64,000 nt of DNA from Kiritimatiellia bacterium (GCA_028708815.1 JAQVYB010000004.1:660-64659), one strand, 5' to 3'; positions 29,922 to 41,500 are shown, numbered from the stretch's first letter. Translations and numbers: made by a program. The notes: a model not told the origin generated them from the sequence alone.

Positions 29922-31535
29922 CTACGGATCCAGATTGGCGCCGTAGGATCCGGTCACAAAAGGCCCCTCCGGCTGGCCGCTGTCCAACTCATAATTTCCG
30001 GCCGCACCGCTGATCGGCGCAACGGCTCCGGGACCCACAAGATGGCCATCCACATGCCGATCGGGGAAATCGGCGGTAGTGAAAGATTCACCCCGACTGT
30101 TCAGCATGATATCGGTAGGCGTACCCGACAACCGCTGATCGGCATCCAGCGTGCCGTGCAACACGTTGAAATAAAGGGTATCAGCGGAGGCGGTGTCGGT
30201 ATCGTACAGGCTGAAACTGGCGTTCCAGTCAACTGGAGAGGGACCCCCGATCTGGATATCCATGGTGCAGTAACCGCGCAGATAATGGGTGCTGTCTTCC
30301 CGGATAACCAAGGCGCCACTGCTGCCGCTGCCGCTCAGATTGTAGGCCACGGTACCGGCGGCAATCGCGGCCACGCTTTCGGGCGTGAGGGCCTGCCCGG
30401 CGGAATAGGTGCCGGCAATCTTGTCGTCCTGCGGGTTGATCCAAACCCCCCAGGACCAGTTATTGCCGCTATCCTCCTCGTGCTTCACATAAGGGATTGG
30501 CGTGGGTGTGGGAAGCGGAGTGGGTCGAGGCGTCGGATCGGGATCGGGTGTCGGATCGGGAGGAGTCGGAAAGGGCTCGGGTGTCGGATCGGGATCGGGA
30601 TCGGGTTCGGGTTCGGGTTCGGGCATTTCCACTTTGTCGGACTGCGGAACAATGTCGTCATTAAAGAAATCGACATCATTCCGCAACGGGTCATCCGCGA
30701 ACGGCAATAAGGAGGAATCCTGGCGCGAGTCGTCGCCGCCATCCGCTCCGCCCGAAAACTCACTGGGGCCTCCGCCAGGCCCTTCTTCCGCACCACCATC
30801 GGACCCGCCATCGTCTGCTCCGCCATCGGCTTCCGCACCACCGGCGTCGGCTCCTGATGAGGCCGGCGCGCCGACTTCATTCAGGATGCCCCTGATTTCT
30901 TCCAAGGAGAACAAACGCTCTTCCATCCGCCCGCCAACATCCACCGTGACCAGCGTTCCGGGCTCCACGATGTTTAACACACGCGAACCCTCATCGCCGA
31001 TCACCACCCCTTCCACTGGACCGTTCGCTTGAATATGTATCGTTCTCCCTGACGAAATTTCGACAATGTAAAATTTGTCACTTCGTCCTCCGAGGAGAAA
31101 CAGCACCTCACACCCACGGATGCCAATCACCGCCTTGCCGGTTTCCACCCTGAATCCCTCCTGATTCAACTCCACGATTTTTCCGGTTACGGCGCGGAAC
31201 ACGCCTTTGATCAATTTGAAAAAAGCCTTATTGTCGGACTTGTTCGACGGGTTATAGATGTAGTCATCCACCACCATCTCGCTGCGTTCGCCCTGTACAA
31301 TGACCGAATCGTCATCGAACATAATCTGGGCCTTTGCGCCCGGACCCGTCACGATACGATCATAGGAATACACCGGCGATTGCAGCGAAAGAGCCCGCTG
31401 AATACCATCCTGCGAAACCGCATGCACGCCGCCTTCCAGCGCAACCACCAGCCCTATCGGATCCTCGGCACGCGCCCCCGCGCAAAAATACGCCACACTC
31501 AGCAACAATCCTGCCAACCAACTCACCTTTTTCAT
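29922..31535 (-). CDS. Secreted FecR-domain protein with Pro/Asp/Thr-rich linker
   Basis: Signal peptide; FecR-like N-terminal domain ([25 protein letters not shown]); [17 protein letters not shown] linker; immediately upstream of the CHASE2 kinase, as often seen for FecR/CHASE2 pairs. Confidence 0.7.
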   Translation of the reverse strand: MKKVSWLAGLLLSVAYFCAGARAEDPIGLVVALEGGVHAVSQDGIQRALSLQSPVYSYDRIVTGPGAKAQIMFDDDSVIVQGERSEMVVDDYIYNPSNKSDNKAFFKLIKGVFRAVTGKIVELNQEGFRVETGKAVIGIRGCEVLFLLGGRSDKFYIVEISSGRTIHIQANGPVEGVVIGDEGSRVLNIVEPGTLVTVDVGGRMEERLFSLEEIRGILNEVGAPASSGADAGGAEADGGADDGGSDGGAEEGPGGGPSEFSGGADGGDDSRQDSSLLPFADDPLRNDVDFFNDDIVPQSDKVEMPEPEPEPDPDPDPTPEPFPTPPDPTPDPDPTPRPTPLPTPTPIPYVKHEEDSGNNWSWGVWINPQDDKIAGTYSAGQALTPESVAAIAAGTVAYNLSGSGSSGALVIREDSTHYLRGYCTMDIQIGGPSPVDWNASFSLYDTDTASADTLYFNVLHGTLDADQRLSGTPTDIMLNSRGESFTTADFPDRHVDGHLVGPGAVAPISGAAGNYELDSGQPEGPFVTGSYGANLDP

Positions 31536-31550
31536 AACGTTCCCCCTCCC

Positions 31551-32960
31551 CTAGAATGTGCAGGATGTACTCACGGTGAATACATTCCGTTCATATGTAT
31601 ACAGATCAAAATTGGAATTGTTTCGGGTAAACCGATAACTTAAATCAACGTTCCACCGATCATTCAATCGCCGGCTCACTCCGCAGGCGATAATGCCCTG
31701 CTTATCATCGCGGTCATCGGCCGACAATGGCGGGCGTTCATCGTATTTCGACCAGCGCCCCTGAAGCAGCCCGTACAGCGAGGTGTGGGAGAACAACCGG
31801 TAATCCGCCGAGAGGCTCCCTTCGACGCCCCAATTCGCATACATCTCCTCCCGGGCCTCTTCACGAATCAGGCGCGCACCCAACGACACACTGTTGCGGT
31901 CACGCCCCCAGAGCCAACGCAGCGTTTCACCCAGCGATCCCGTCATGCCGGTATAATCGGAATCATGCACGTAATCCCGATACTCCAGCGTACCCAGCGT
32001 CAACAGATGCATATTGGCCCTTAATGCATACACCAGGGAGGGGCTCGTCCCGTAGATACGCGCCAGCGCCTCATGCCCGCGCAGCACATACTCCAATCGC
32101 AGCGGCCAGTGCAAAGCATGCCGAACACCCGTATGCTTCAGTCCGATGGCCGCATTATAATAGCCCATTTCGTATTCATTGTGGTCATCCAGCACCGACT
32201 GGTAAGCACCCAGCCAGCCGTATCCCTTCCAAAAGCCCTTGCGCCCAAGTTCCACTTCCGCCGCCGTGCTCAGGGATCCATACATCCCCCAGGCCTCCTG
32301 GGGTTTCGATTCCGGATCCACCGCCAGCGTATCAATCCAAAAACTCCCGCTGCGGATCGGCTCGATGCTGATCAAGGCATCTGCCGGCCCCACATTCACG
32401 TTGTCATCATGAAAACCACCCACATCCAACCTCAGCGACCAATGCCAGGCCTGCTCCTCCGCCACCATCGCCTCCAAACGACGGTTGATGCTTTCGCGCA
32501 CGCCTTCGGGCGGGCTCTCCGCCAACACCAGAGCAAACTGCTCGCGCGCGAGATCATTCTGCTGCATCAAGACATAAACATCCGCCAGTTCCAGCCGCGC
32601 ACGCAAATGGTCCGGCTGCACCGACAGCACCCGCTCCAACGCCAAGGCCGAATGAGAATACTTCCCCGCCCGCTTCGCCGCGAGGGCATACGCCAGATTG
32701 ATCTGCACATCCGAAGGATTTTCCCGAAACAATTGGGAAAAGGCTCCGCAGGCTTCCGGATAGCGCCCCGCTTCGTAGTCCTTCCAGGCCGATGCAAAGG
32801 CCGGGTTCACCAGCTTCGCGGAAAACATGGAACGGTCATCGGCGGATCTCTCCGCTCCCGACGCGCACGGCAGGAACAAAAGACCCGCCGGCAAAAACAG
32901 CAGCATCAACAGGCGTCCACTCAACACGCTATCCTCCTGTCCGATCGTACGACGCCTCAC
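31551..32960 (-). CDS. TPR-repeat outer-membrane beta-barrel protein (DUF560/Slam-like architecture)
   Basis: Signal peptide, N-terminal TPR-like helices, C-terminal alternating amphipathic strands ending in a terminal Phe (…VSTSCTF). Confidence 0.55.
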   Translation of the reverse strand: MRRRTIGQEDSVLSGRLLMLLFLPAGLLFLPCASGAERSADDRSMFSAKLVNPAFASAWKDYEAGRYPEACGAFSQLFRENPSDVQINLAYALAAKRAGKYSHSALALERVLSVQPDHLRARLELADVYVLMQQNDLAREQFALVLAESPPEGVRESINRRLEAMVAEEQAWHWSLRLDVGGFHDDNVNVGPADALISIEPIRSGSFWIDTLAVDPESKPQEAWGMYGSLSTAAEVELGRKGFWKGYGWLGAYQSVLDDHNEYEMGYYNAAIGLKHTGVRHALHWPLRLEYVLRGHEALARIYGTSPSLVYALRANMHLLTLGTLEYRDYVHDSDYTGMTGSLGETLRWLWGRDRNSVSLGARLIREEAREEMYANWGVEGSLSADYRLFSHTSLYGLLQGRWSKYDERPPLSADDRDDKQGIIACGVSRRLNDRWNVDLSYRFTRNNSNFDLYTYERNVFTVSTSCTF

Positions 32961-33052
32961 CCTGAAGGTTCCGCGCCTTTAGTAACCAATGAAGTGAAAG
33001 TGTAGAACAACCAAACGACCTCGGCAACATTAACTTTCCCATAGCGGGATTT

Positions 33053-33140
33053 TTCCAATCGTTGGAAACTTTTTTCCGCGTTTTTCCAATCGTTGGAAAA
33101 AGGGCAAGAGGATCGGCACGACCCTTTCCAATCATTGGAA
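33053..33140. repeat. Three copies of the TTCCAATC(A/G)TTGGAA inverted-repeat element (spacing 31 and 42 bp)
   Basis: Cores at 33053, 33084 and 33126; same motif as the arrays at 25.1 kb and 49.7 kb. Confidence 0.85.
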
Positions 33141-33147
33141 AAAGCAG

Positions 33148-33178
33148 AAAGCCCGTGCGGACGCACGGGCTTTCTTTT
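33148..33178 (-). terminator. Strong hairpin terminator (12-bp stem AAAGCCCGTGCG/CGCACGGGCTTT) downstream of the M20 hydrolase gene
   Basis: Perfect 12-bp stem with 2-nt loop flanked by A-run and T-run (potentially bidirectional). Confidence 0.65.
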
Positions 33179-33203
33179 GGTTTTCGCTTTTTGGAATGGT
33201 TGA

Positions 33204-34421
33204 TTATCCGTTCTTCACGCGCTCACAGTAGAGCGAGGGAATGGCGGCATACATGGCGGCAGCCTGCACCAACTCGGATTTCCAGGTCAGTTCGTTCGGA
33301 GCGTGGGCCTGATCTTCATGGCCCGGCCCAAAACCGACCACCGGAATGTCGTGCATCCCCATGATCGCCACGCCATTCGTGGAAAACGTCCACTTATCCA
33401 CTACCGGCTCCTTATTGAAAAGCCCCTGGTAGGCGGACACGAGCGACTGGGTCGGCGCGGCATCCTCGGGAATGACCCAGGTCGGGAAATATTTTTTCGT
33501 GGGATAAACCAGGCCGGTATAGGCCGCGCGTTCATAGGTGAGCACCTCGACCGTTGCATCCGGATAGCCCGCGCGTGCGGCGGCATCCTTGAGTTCGGCA
33601 CAGGCGATTTCCTCGGTTTCACCCACGGTCAGACGGCGGTCCACCTGGATCGTGGCCGAATCGGGCACGGCGCACTGCGAGGGCGAGGAGAAAAAGAACT
33701 GGGTAGCCGTAACGGTGCCTTTGCCAAGAAATTCGTCATCGGCCAGACGCTCGTTCAGCTTTTCGATTTCCAGGGCAATACGCGCCATTTTATAGATCGC
33801 ATTGTCACCGCGTTCGGGCGCCGAACCGTGGCAGGACAACCCCTTAATGCTGACCGTCATTTCCATACGCCCGCGATGGCCCCTGTAAATCCGGCACGAG
33901 GTGGGCTCGGTGGAAACCACGAATTCCGGACGGATTCCGCTTTCCTTGATAATGTATTGCCAGCACAGTCCATCGCAATCCTCTTCCATCACCGTGCCGG
34001 TCACCAACAGCGTGAACTCATCCTCCAACTTCAAATCCTTGATGATCTTTCCGGCGTAGACCATGGAGGCCATCCCGCCTTCCTGATCGGACCCGCCGCG
34101 CCCGCCAATCGCATCTCCTTCTTCCATGCCCTGATAGGGGTCAAATTTCCAGAGACTGCGATCGCCGATACCCACGGTGTCAATATGGGCGTCCATGGCA
34201 ATCAGATGTTTTCCCTTGCCGATCCAGCCGAGAATGTTCCCCATGCCATCCACTTCCACCTTATCAAATCCCACGGCTTCCATTTCCTGCCGAATACGCT
34301 CCACCACCGCACGCTCCTCGCAGCTTTCGCTCGGAATGGCAATCATGTCACGAAGGAAACGGGTCATTTGCGGTTTGTATTCTTCGGCTTTGTTCAGAAT
34401 GGCCTTGAAATCAACACTCAT
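33204..34421 (-). CDS. Peptidase M20-family metallohydrolase (YgeY/ArgE/DapE-like)
   Basis: M20 signatures ([17 protein letters not shown], metal-binding D/E/H pattern, dimerisation insert); ATG 34421 has a strong AGGAGAAG RBS; alternative start 34445. Confidence 0.8.
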   Translation of the reverse strand: MSVDFKAILNKAEEYKPQMTRFLRDMIAIPSESCEERAVVERIRQEMEAVGFDKVEVDGMGNILGWIGKGKHLIAMDAHIDTVGIGDRSLWKFDPYQGMEEGDAIGGRGGSDQEGGMASMVYAGKIIKDLKLEDEFTLLVTGTVMEEDCDGLCWQYIIKESGIRPEFVVSTEPTSCRIYRGHRGRMEMTVSIKGLSCHGSAPERGDNAIYKMARIALEIEKLNERLADDEFLGKGTVTATQFFFSSPSQCAVPDSATIQVDRRLTVGETEEIACAELKDAAARAGYPDATVEVLTYERAAYTGLVYPTKKYFPTWVIPEDAAPTQSLVSAYQGLFNKEPVVDKWTFSTNGVAIMGMHDIPVVGFGPGHEDQAHAPNELTWKSELVQAAAMYAAIPSLYCERVKNG

Positions 34422-34554
34422 GTTCTTCTCCTGCTTGCTGTTCATGGTGCGGCTCCGTTCGGGAAGCCGGGGACGGCCTTGCTGCCGGCCAATGGGAGTG
34501 AATATACACCAGAGTGCCCGATCATGAATGGGAAATCAGCTTTTATTTTCCTGA

Positions 34555-34830
34555 TTACGCCGGAGGAAAATCAAATTCCGTTTCAAAAAGATCGGCCAGT
34601 TTACGGCAGAAGGCTTCTTCCCCCTCCCCTTCCACACGAATGACGATCTGCGCCCCCTGTTCGAGACCCATGGAGATCAGATCGAGCACCGAACGCAGCG
34701 TACAGGTGCCATGCCCCGGCGATTCCACCTGAATGGTACCCGAATAGGATGCGGCCGCCTTGATAATCAGGGCGGATGGCCTGCAATGAATGCCTGCGCT
34801 GTTCTTGATGGTTGCGTTGAGTTCTATCAT
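34555..34830 (-). CDS. HPr-family phosphocarrier protein
   Basis: Active-site region NSAGIHCRPSALIIKAA (His15 context) and regulatory Ser region; ~91 aa; start at ATG 34830. Confidence 0.75.
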   Translation of the reverse strand: MIELNATIKNSAGIHCRPSALIIKAAASYSGTIQVESPGHGTCTLRSVLDLISMGLEQGAQIVIRVEGEGEEAFCRKLADLFETEFDFPPA

Positions 34831-34947
34831 GGACCTCTGCCTGCCGGGACGAAACAACATCCGCCCCAAAAGGCCCTATATCTAGGCATCGACATCCTGA
34901 AATGCAATCTCTTTGTAGCACTTTCGCAGCCGGCGGAAATAGACCTG

Positions 34948-34976
34948 TTGACAGATCGCGTGTTAAGAACTATGAT
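34948..34976 (+). promoter_or_regulatory. Sigma-70-type promoter TTGACA-17 bp-TATGAT for FG-GAP gene copy A
   Basis: Near-consensus -35 and -10 hexamers with 17-bp spacer; same architecture conserved upstream of the paralogue at 38469-38497. Confidence 0.55.
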
Positions 34977-35048
34977 CCGATTATCATTGGTGCCAAGTGT
35001 AATATCCATGGGGGGGTTGCAGGAAGGGTGCCGCAAAGGAGGTTATTT

Positions 35049-38000
35049 ATGCGCTCAATTCACGTCCTTTTCATTGCTGTTGCTTTCACCCTGTTTCTAT
35101 TCACCCCAATCGCTCCGGCCGTCACACCGCTTTCCGATCCGGCGGCACTGACGGCCAATCTGTATACCAACCCCGCTCCGACCGTGAATGCCCGGCTCGG
35201 TTCCGCTGCAGCTGTTCACGGCAATTACCTGCTGATGGGTGCGCACAGGCACAACAACGACAAAGGGGCATGCCATCTGTACAACAAGACCCCGGACAAC
35301 CGTTGGGAACTGGAAGAAACAAAAACGTTTTCCCTGGGTTCCGCACAATTCGGCGGTTCGGTGGCCATTAACGATACTTATTTTTTTGTAGGCGGGATGT
35401 ATTATGATAACGGGGCCTACTCAGATGCCGGCGCCGTGGCAATGTATGGCAAGAACGCCCTCGGGAACTGGAAGAGTCTTGGGATGCTGTATCCAGGGGA
35501 CCTCTCCGCTCAAGCCTATTTCGGCAACAGCCTTGCCCTGCATGAACACTATCTGGCGGTCGGCTCATTCGGACATAACGGCAAACGCGGGGCCGTATAT
35601 ATTTTCACCAATTCCGCCGGAACCTGGACGCAAACAGCCCGCCTGGCCCCCGGCGACCTGGCCGCCAACAACTGGTTCGGGGACGCCCTGGCCATGAATA
35701 ATCAGTACCTTGCAATAGGTGCTCCCTATCAAAGTGCCAACGGCATAGCCTCCTCAGGAGCCGTATACCTTTACAAGAACATCAACGGCACCTGGACCTA
35801 TCAGAAAAAACTGACCGGCGGAAATATGGCCAACGCTTACTTCGGCTCATCCGTGGCCCTTTCAGACAAATTCCTGTTGATCGGCTCTCCATATGAACCC
35901 ATCGACGGAATCAACCCCGGTGCGGTGTATGTATATGACCTCAGCCAAAGTTCCACGCCGGTGAAATGCCTGCTCACAGCCATCACCCCTCAGGATGACG
36001 CGGCCTTCGGCAGCGCCGTGGCTCTGGATGGAAATGCCGCCATTGTCGGCGCGCCTCTTTATGACGACGACGCCACGACACATGCCGGACTGGTAACCTT
36101 GTACCAATATGACGAATCCGCCGGTTCATGGTACACCATTCGCGATCTTCCCACCCAATCCCTGAGCGCAGAAGATCGTTTCGGCGATCATCTAGCCATG
36201 TACCGCAACACCCTCGTCTGCACGGCCCCCTATGCCGACCAGGACGTTCTATCCAATGCCGGAAACTTCTACGTCTACGATCTCAACCAGACTTGGTTTA
36301 GCGAAGGCAAAGCCGCAGGCGACCAGTCGGGCTCCCGCGTAGGACTCAACGGCACCCGCCTCGCCGCTTCCGCACCCTATCGAAACGCAAACGGCCTCAA
36401 CAGCTCAGGTGCCGTGGATATCTTCCGCAAACATGGACGCGATTGGACCCTCGAACAAACGCTGACCGAGCCCGTAGGCTCGCGGGCGGCCAACAACTAC
36501 TTCGGCTACGGAATGGCCCTCGGGCGTAACGCATTGATCGCCGCCGCCGACTTGGGCGACTATGGTTATTCAAACAACGGGAAAATCTACATCTATGAAC
36601 GCTCCGGCAACACTTGGAATGCGGTCTATTCACGCACGGGACAAGGCGATAATTGGAAGTACGGTAACAACGTCGCCATGGGCGAAACACACGCCGCCGC
36701 CACCCGCTACAATTCCGGAAATCTGGCCACCTACATCGACACCTTCACACGTGCGGGAAATGGCACCTGGTCGCTGGACCCCACCTCCGTCTCCCCCAAA
36801 TTCGGGTCAGGCGACATTGACTTCGGATGCGACATCGCCATCGATGGCGACTGGATGCTTGTCGGTTCAAGCGCCTATGACTCCGACAGAGGCGGCATCC
36901 ACCTCTACCAATGGGATGGCAATCGGTGGGTTGGGAAGTATGGAGCACTCGGGCTTCCCGGGTCCCTCTTTGGTGCCGGCGTGGACGTCTGCGGCAATCT
37001 CTTTGCGGCAGGACGCCCCGGCGTTGATGAGCAACGCGGTAGCGTTAGGCTTTACGGCGTCAATGGAGATTCCTTCGTCTATTACGCCACACTAACCGCA
37101 CCCGACGGCGTCGCCGGCGACCGCTTCGGCTGGTCCGTCGCCTTTGCCAAACAGGGGAACACCCTTCTCGTCAGTGCCTACAAAAAACACCTCGGTTCCC
37201 TAAGCGATGTGGGCGCAATATACGTCTACCGAAAGGGTGCCAATAACTCCAACTGGACCTATGACGGCATCATCTATCCACCTGATAACGGGTCCCTTTC
37301 AGCATCTGACTACTTTGGAAAAGATATCGCCGCCGCAGGCAACTCGCTCGTCGCCGGACTCTACAGCTACGACGGCGAAGCCGGCAATAGCGCCGGCGCC
37401 GTGGCCCAAATTCAGATCACCCCCTTCACCACCCCAGCCGATTTTGATGGCGATGGCATCACCGATTTCGGATGCTACCACCCCCCCTCCGGCGGGTGGT
37501 ATGTCTACAAAAGCCGCGAGGGATACTGGGAAAACCATTTCGGCTACGAAGGAACCCTCCCCTTTGTGATGGACTGCGACGGCGACTGGAAGGTCGACTT
37601 CGGATGCTACCACTCCGCCTCCGCAAACTGGTACGGCTACGGCACCGTCAAAAAATTCTGGACCTCTGCTTTCGGAAACCCCAACACCCAATCCATCACC
37701 GGTGACTTCGATGGCGACGGCGTGGTTGACCTGGGATTCTTTGATTCCTCCATTCCCAAGTTCTACTTTATGTGTTCCACGCGGGGCTACAGAGACGACC
37801 AATTCGGTTTGACCGACACCGTGCCCATCACCGGCGATTTCGATGGCGACGGAATCGACGACTACGGCACGTACTACGACGTGACCGGCGCCTGGAACAT
37901 CCGCCGAAGCCGCGACGGCGACTGGGCCAACAACTTCGGCTACGAAGGCACCCTCCCCGTCACCGGCGATTTCGATGGCGACAACATCATGGACTTCGGA

Positions 38001-38231
38001 TGCTACCATCCCCCCAGCGGCGGATGGTATATCTATAAAAGCACCGACGGCTACTGGGAAAACTACTTCGGATTCGAAGGCACTCTCCCCGTCACCGGCG
38101 ATTTCGATGGCGATGGAATCGAAGACTTCGGATGCTACCATCCGCCGACGGGCGCCTGGTACGTCTACAAAAGCAACGAAGGATTCTGGGAAAACTACTT
38201 CGGTTACGAAGGCACGATCCCGATGAATTGA
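35049..38231 (+). CDS. Secreted FG-GAP repeat beta-propeller protein with C-terminal Trp-rich DFDGDG repeats (paralogue A)
   Basis: Signal peptide MRSIHVLFIAVAFTLFLFTPIAPA; ~14 FG-GAP-like repeats (FGGSVAI.., FGNSLAL.., FGDALAM..); 8 C-terminal ~40-aa repeats (GDFDGDGITDFGCYHPPSGGWYVYKS); RBS AAAGGAGG. Confidence 0.8.
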   Translation: MRSIHVLFIAVAFTLFLFTPIAPAVTPLSDPAALTANLYTNPAPTVNARLGSAAAVHGNYLLMGAHRHNNDKGACHLYNKTPDNRWELEETKTFSLGSAQFGGSVAINDTYFFVGGMYYDNGAYSDAGAVAMYGKNALGNWKSLGMLYPGDLSAQAYFGNSLALHEHYLAVGSFGHNGKRGAVYIFTNSAGTWTQTARLAPGDLAANNWFGDALAMNNQYLAIGAPYQSANGIASSGAVYLYKNINGTWTYQKKLTGGNMANAYFGSSVALSDKFLLIGSPYEPIDGINPGAVYVYDLSQSSTPVKCLLTAITPQDDAAFGSAVALDGNAAIVGAPLYDDDATTHAGLVTLYQYDESAGSWYTIRDLPTQSLSAEDRFGDHLAMYRNTLVCTAPYADQDVLSNAGNFYVYDLNQTWFSEGKAAGDQSGSRVGLNGTRLAASAPYRNANGLNSSGAVDIFRKHGRDWTLEQTLTEPVGSRAANNYFGYGMALGRNALIAAADLGDYGYSNNGKIYIYERSGNTWNAVYSRTGQGDNWKYGNNVAMGETHAAATRYNSGNLATYIDTFTRAGNGTWSLDPTSVSPKFGSGDIDFGCDIAIDGDWMLVGSSAYDSDRGGIHLYQWDGNRWVGKYGALGLPGSLFGAGVDVCGNLFAAGRPGVDEQRGSVRLYGVNGDSFVYYATLTAPDGVAGDRFGWSVAFAKQGNTLLVSAYKKHLGSLSDVGAIYVYRKGANNSNWTYDGIIYPPDNGSLSASDYFGKDIAAAGNSLVAGLYSYDGEAGNSAGAVAQIQITPFTTPADFDGDGITDFGCYHPPSGGWYVYKSREGYWENHFGYEGTLPFVMDCDGDWKVDFGCYHSASANWYGYGTVKKFWTSAFGNPNTQSITGDFDGDGVVDLGFFDSSIPKFYFMCSTRGYRDDQFGLTDTVPITGDFDGDGIDDYGTYYDVTGAWNIRRSRDGDWANNFGYEGTLPVTGDFDGDNIMDFGCYHPPSGGWYIYKSTDGYWENYFGFEGTLPVTGDFDGDGIEDFGCYHPPTGAWYVYKSNEGFWENYFGYEGTIPMN

Positions 38232-38270
38232 GCGCCCCGACAACCCGTTCGGATTCGGTATCGGACAGTA

Positions 38271-38396
38271 TTACGGGTCCTCGCCGAGGCCCACCAGAGT
38301 GGCGAGGCCTCCCGCAGCCGTTTCCCGGTACTTCGGATTCATATCGCGCCTGGCTTCCACCATGGCCCGAATGGTTTTATCGAGGTCCACCCGTAG
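38271..38396 (-). pseudogene. Duplicated 3'-terminal fragment (~42 codons) of L-serine dehydratase sdaA
   Basis: Near-identical at nucleotide level to the 3' end of the intact sdaA at 41803-41930, including the stop codon; no upstream coding continuation. Confidence 0.6.
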
Positions 38397-38468
38397 GTCG
38401 GCAGCGCTGCGGACATACTGAAGGGCAACCTCTTTGCAGCACTTTCGCAACCGGAAAAAATGGACATA

Positions 38469-38497
38469 TTGACAGACAGCGTATTCAAGACTATGAT
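38469..38497 (+). promoter_or_regulatory. Sigma-70-type promoter TTGACA-17 bp-TATGAT for FG-GAP gene copy B
   Basis: Conserved duplicate of the promoter at 34948-34976. Confidence 0.55.
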
Positions 38498-38571
38498 TCG
38501 ATCAGTGTTGGTGCCGGGGTCAATACCCATGGGGGGGCTTGCAAGGCAGGCACTGCTAAAGGAGGTTATTT

Positions 38572-41500
38572 ATGCGCTCAATTCACGTCCTTTTCATTGC
38601 TGTTGCTTTCACCCTGTTTCTATTCACCCCAATCGCTCCGGCCGTCACACCGCTTTCCGATCCGGCGGCACTGACGAGCATCCTCTACGAAAACCCGGCA
38701 GCCATTGCCAACGATTATTTCGGATACGGCCTGGCCATTGACGGAAATTACCTGCTGGCGGGCGTTCCGGGAAGATCAACATACAAAGGAGGCTACAACC
38801 TCTACGGAAAGACGCCGGACAACCAATGGGAACTACTGCGTACGCACACCTACAGTCAAAACGGCGCCGGGTTCGGCGGGGCCGTGGCCATCAATGAAAA
38901 CAACCTTCTGGTCACCGCCGATCGATACGATCACGAAGGCTATACCGATGCCGGAGGCGTATCCGTCGAAACAAAAAGTGCGATGGGCTTATGGGAGGAA
39001 CAACCCATGCTCGTCGCAAGCGACCCACGCAACAATGCACGCTTCGGCGCGGCGCTCTGTCTGCATGAATCGCTTTTGGCGGTCGGCGCGAATGAGTATA
39101 ACAATGGCCGAGGAGCGGCCTATCTCTTCACCAACACCAACGGAGCCTGGACCCAGATAGACCGCATCGTCCCCAACGACCTAAGCGAAAACGATAAGTT
39201 CGGCTCGGCCCTGGCCGTGAATAATCAGTTTCTGGCCATCGGCGCCCCACAACAGGATCTCAACGCAATCGCCGATTCAGGAGCCGTATATCTCTATGAA
39301 AACAACAACGGAACCTGGACCTATTGGAAAAAGCTGGACGGCGGAAACGCCGCCGGGGCGAAATTCGGCTCGGCCATCGCCCTCTCCGGAAACGTCCTGA
39401 TGATCGGCGCACCCTCCGCGCCCATTGGCGGCGTCGCCGTCGGTTTGGTCTATGTGTACGATCTCGGCCAAGACAGCACACCGATCTCCCACGTGCTCGC
39501 CGGCGCCAACCCACAACTCAACGCATCCTTTGGCTCCACAGTGGCGCTGGACGGGAATCTGGCCGTTGTGGGCGCCCGATTCTACGATGGCGATGCCAAC
39601 AGCTCCGGACGGGCCACGCTGTATCAGTATGATAAAACAAGAAACATCTGGTATGCGATCCGCGAACTGCCCACCCAAACCCTGAACGCAAGCGACCGCT
39701 TCGGCACGTCCATTGCCGTCTACCGAAACCAAATAGCCTGCGCCGCACCATTCGCCCTCCAGGGCGCGGCGACAAGCTGCGGAAACTTCTATGTCTACGA
39801 CCTCAATCAAACCTGGTTTCGTGCCGGGCAAACCGCGGAGGACTACTACGGCCACCGCGTCGGACTGAATGGAACCCGCCTGGCCGCCTCCGCTCCCTAT
39901 CGAGACGCGAACGGCATCAACAACTCCGGGTCCGTGGAACTCTTCCGCAAGCGTGGGCGCGACTGGACGCTCGAACAAAACCTGACCGAAGACGCCTCCT
40001 CGCGCGCGGCAAACAACCGGTTCGGCTACGGGATGGCCCTCGGGCGCAACACACTGATCGTCTCCGCCCCCGGGGGTGACTATGATTATGTCAACAACGG
40101 GAAAATATACATCTATAAACGCACGGGGAACGCCTGGAATGCAGTCTATTCACGTACGGGGCAAGGCGACAACTGGCAGTACGGAACCACTGTCGCGCTG
40201 AACGACTCCCACGCCGCCGCCACCCGCTACAACCCCGGCAACGGAGCCACCTACATCGACACCTTCACTCGCGCGGGAAACGGCACTTGGTCCAAGGATG
40301 CCTTTTCCGTGTCGCCGTACTTCGGCGCGGACGCGGGCGCCATAGGCTTCGGCTGCGACATTGCCATCGACGGAAACTTCATGGTGGTAGGTTCGAGCAG
40401 CTACCTCCTCAATCAGGGAGGCTTCCATATCTACAAATGGCAGACCGACCGCTGGCGCGGTGTTGCCGGAACATACAGCATGATTGCAGACGATTTGACG
40501 GGCACCAGTGTGGACCTTTGCGGAAACCTCATTGCGGCAGGCTCCCCCGGTCGAAGCAGCAGCCAGGGAATCGTCAAGCTCTACGGCCTCGGTGATGAGA
40601 CCCTCCTGTTTTACGCCACTCTATCCGCACCCGACGCAAAAGACGGTGACCGCTTCGGCTACTCCGTCGCCTTTGCCAACCAGGGAAACACCCTCCTGGT
40701 CGGCGCCTACAAAAAACACATGGGCGACCTGCAGGATGTCGGCGCCGTATACGTCTACCGAAAGGGCGCCAACAATTCCACCTGGACCTATGACGGAACC
40801 ATCTATCCGCCCGACAACGGATCCCTCACTCACCTCGACTACTTCGGCAAGGACATCGCCGCATTCGGCAACTCCGTGGCCGCCGGACTCTACGGCTTCA
40901 ACAGCGAAGACGACGGTGACCGTGCCGGCGCCGTGGCCCAAATTCAAATCACCCCCTTCACCGCACCCGCCGATTTCGATGGCGACGGCATTACCGACTT
41001 CGGATGCTACCATCCCCCATCCGGCGGATGGTACGTATACAAAAGCCGCGAGGGATACTGGGAAAACCATTTCGGCTATGAAGGAACCCTCCCCTTTGTG
41101 ATGGACTGCGACGGCGACTGGAAGGTCGACTTCGGATGCTACCACTCCGCCTCCGCAAACTGGTACGGCTACGGCACCGTAAAGAAATTCTGGACCTCTG
41201 CTTTCGGAAACCCCAACACCCAATCCATCACCGGTGACTTCGATGGCGACGGCGTGGTTGACCTGGGATTCTTTGATTCCTCCATTCCCAAGTTCTACTT
41301 TATGTGTTCCACGCGGGGCTATACAGACGACCAATTCGGCTTTACTGATACCGTACCCATCTCCGGCGATTTCGATGGCGACGGAATCGACGACTACGGC
41401 ACCTACTACGACGTGACCGGCGCCTGGAACATCCGCCGAAGCCGCGACGGCGACTGGGCCAACAACTTCGGCTACGAAGGCACTCTCCCCGTCACCGGCG

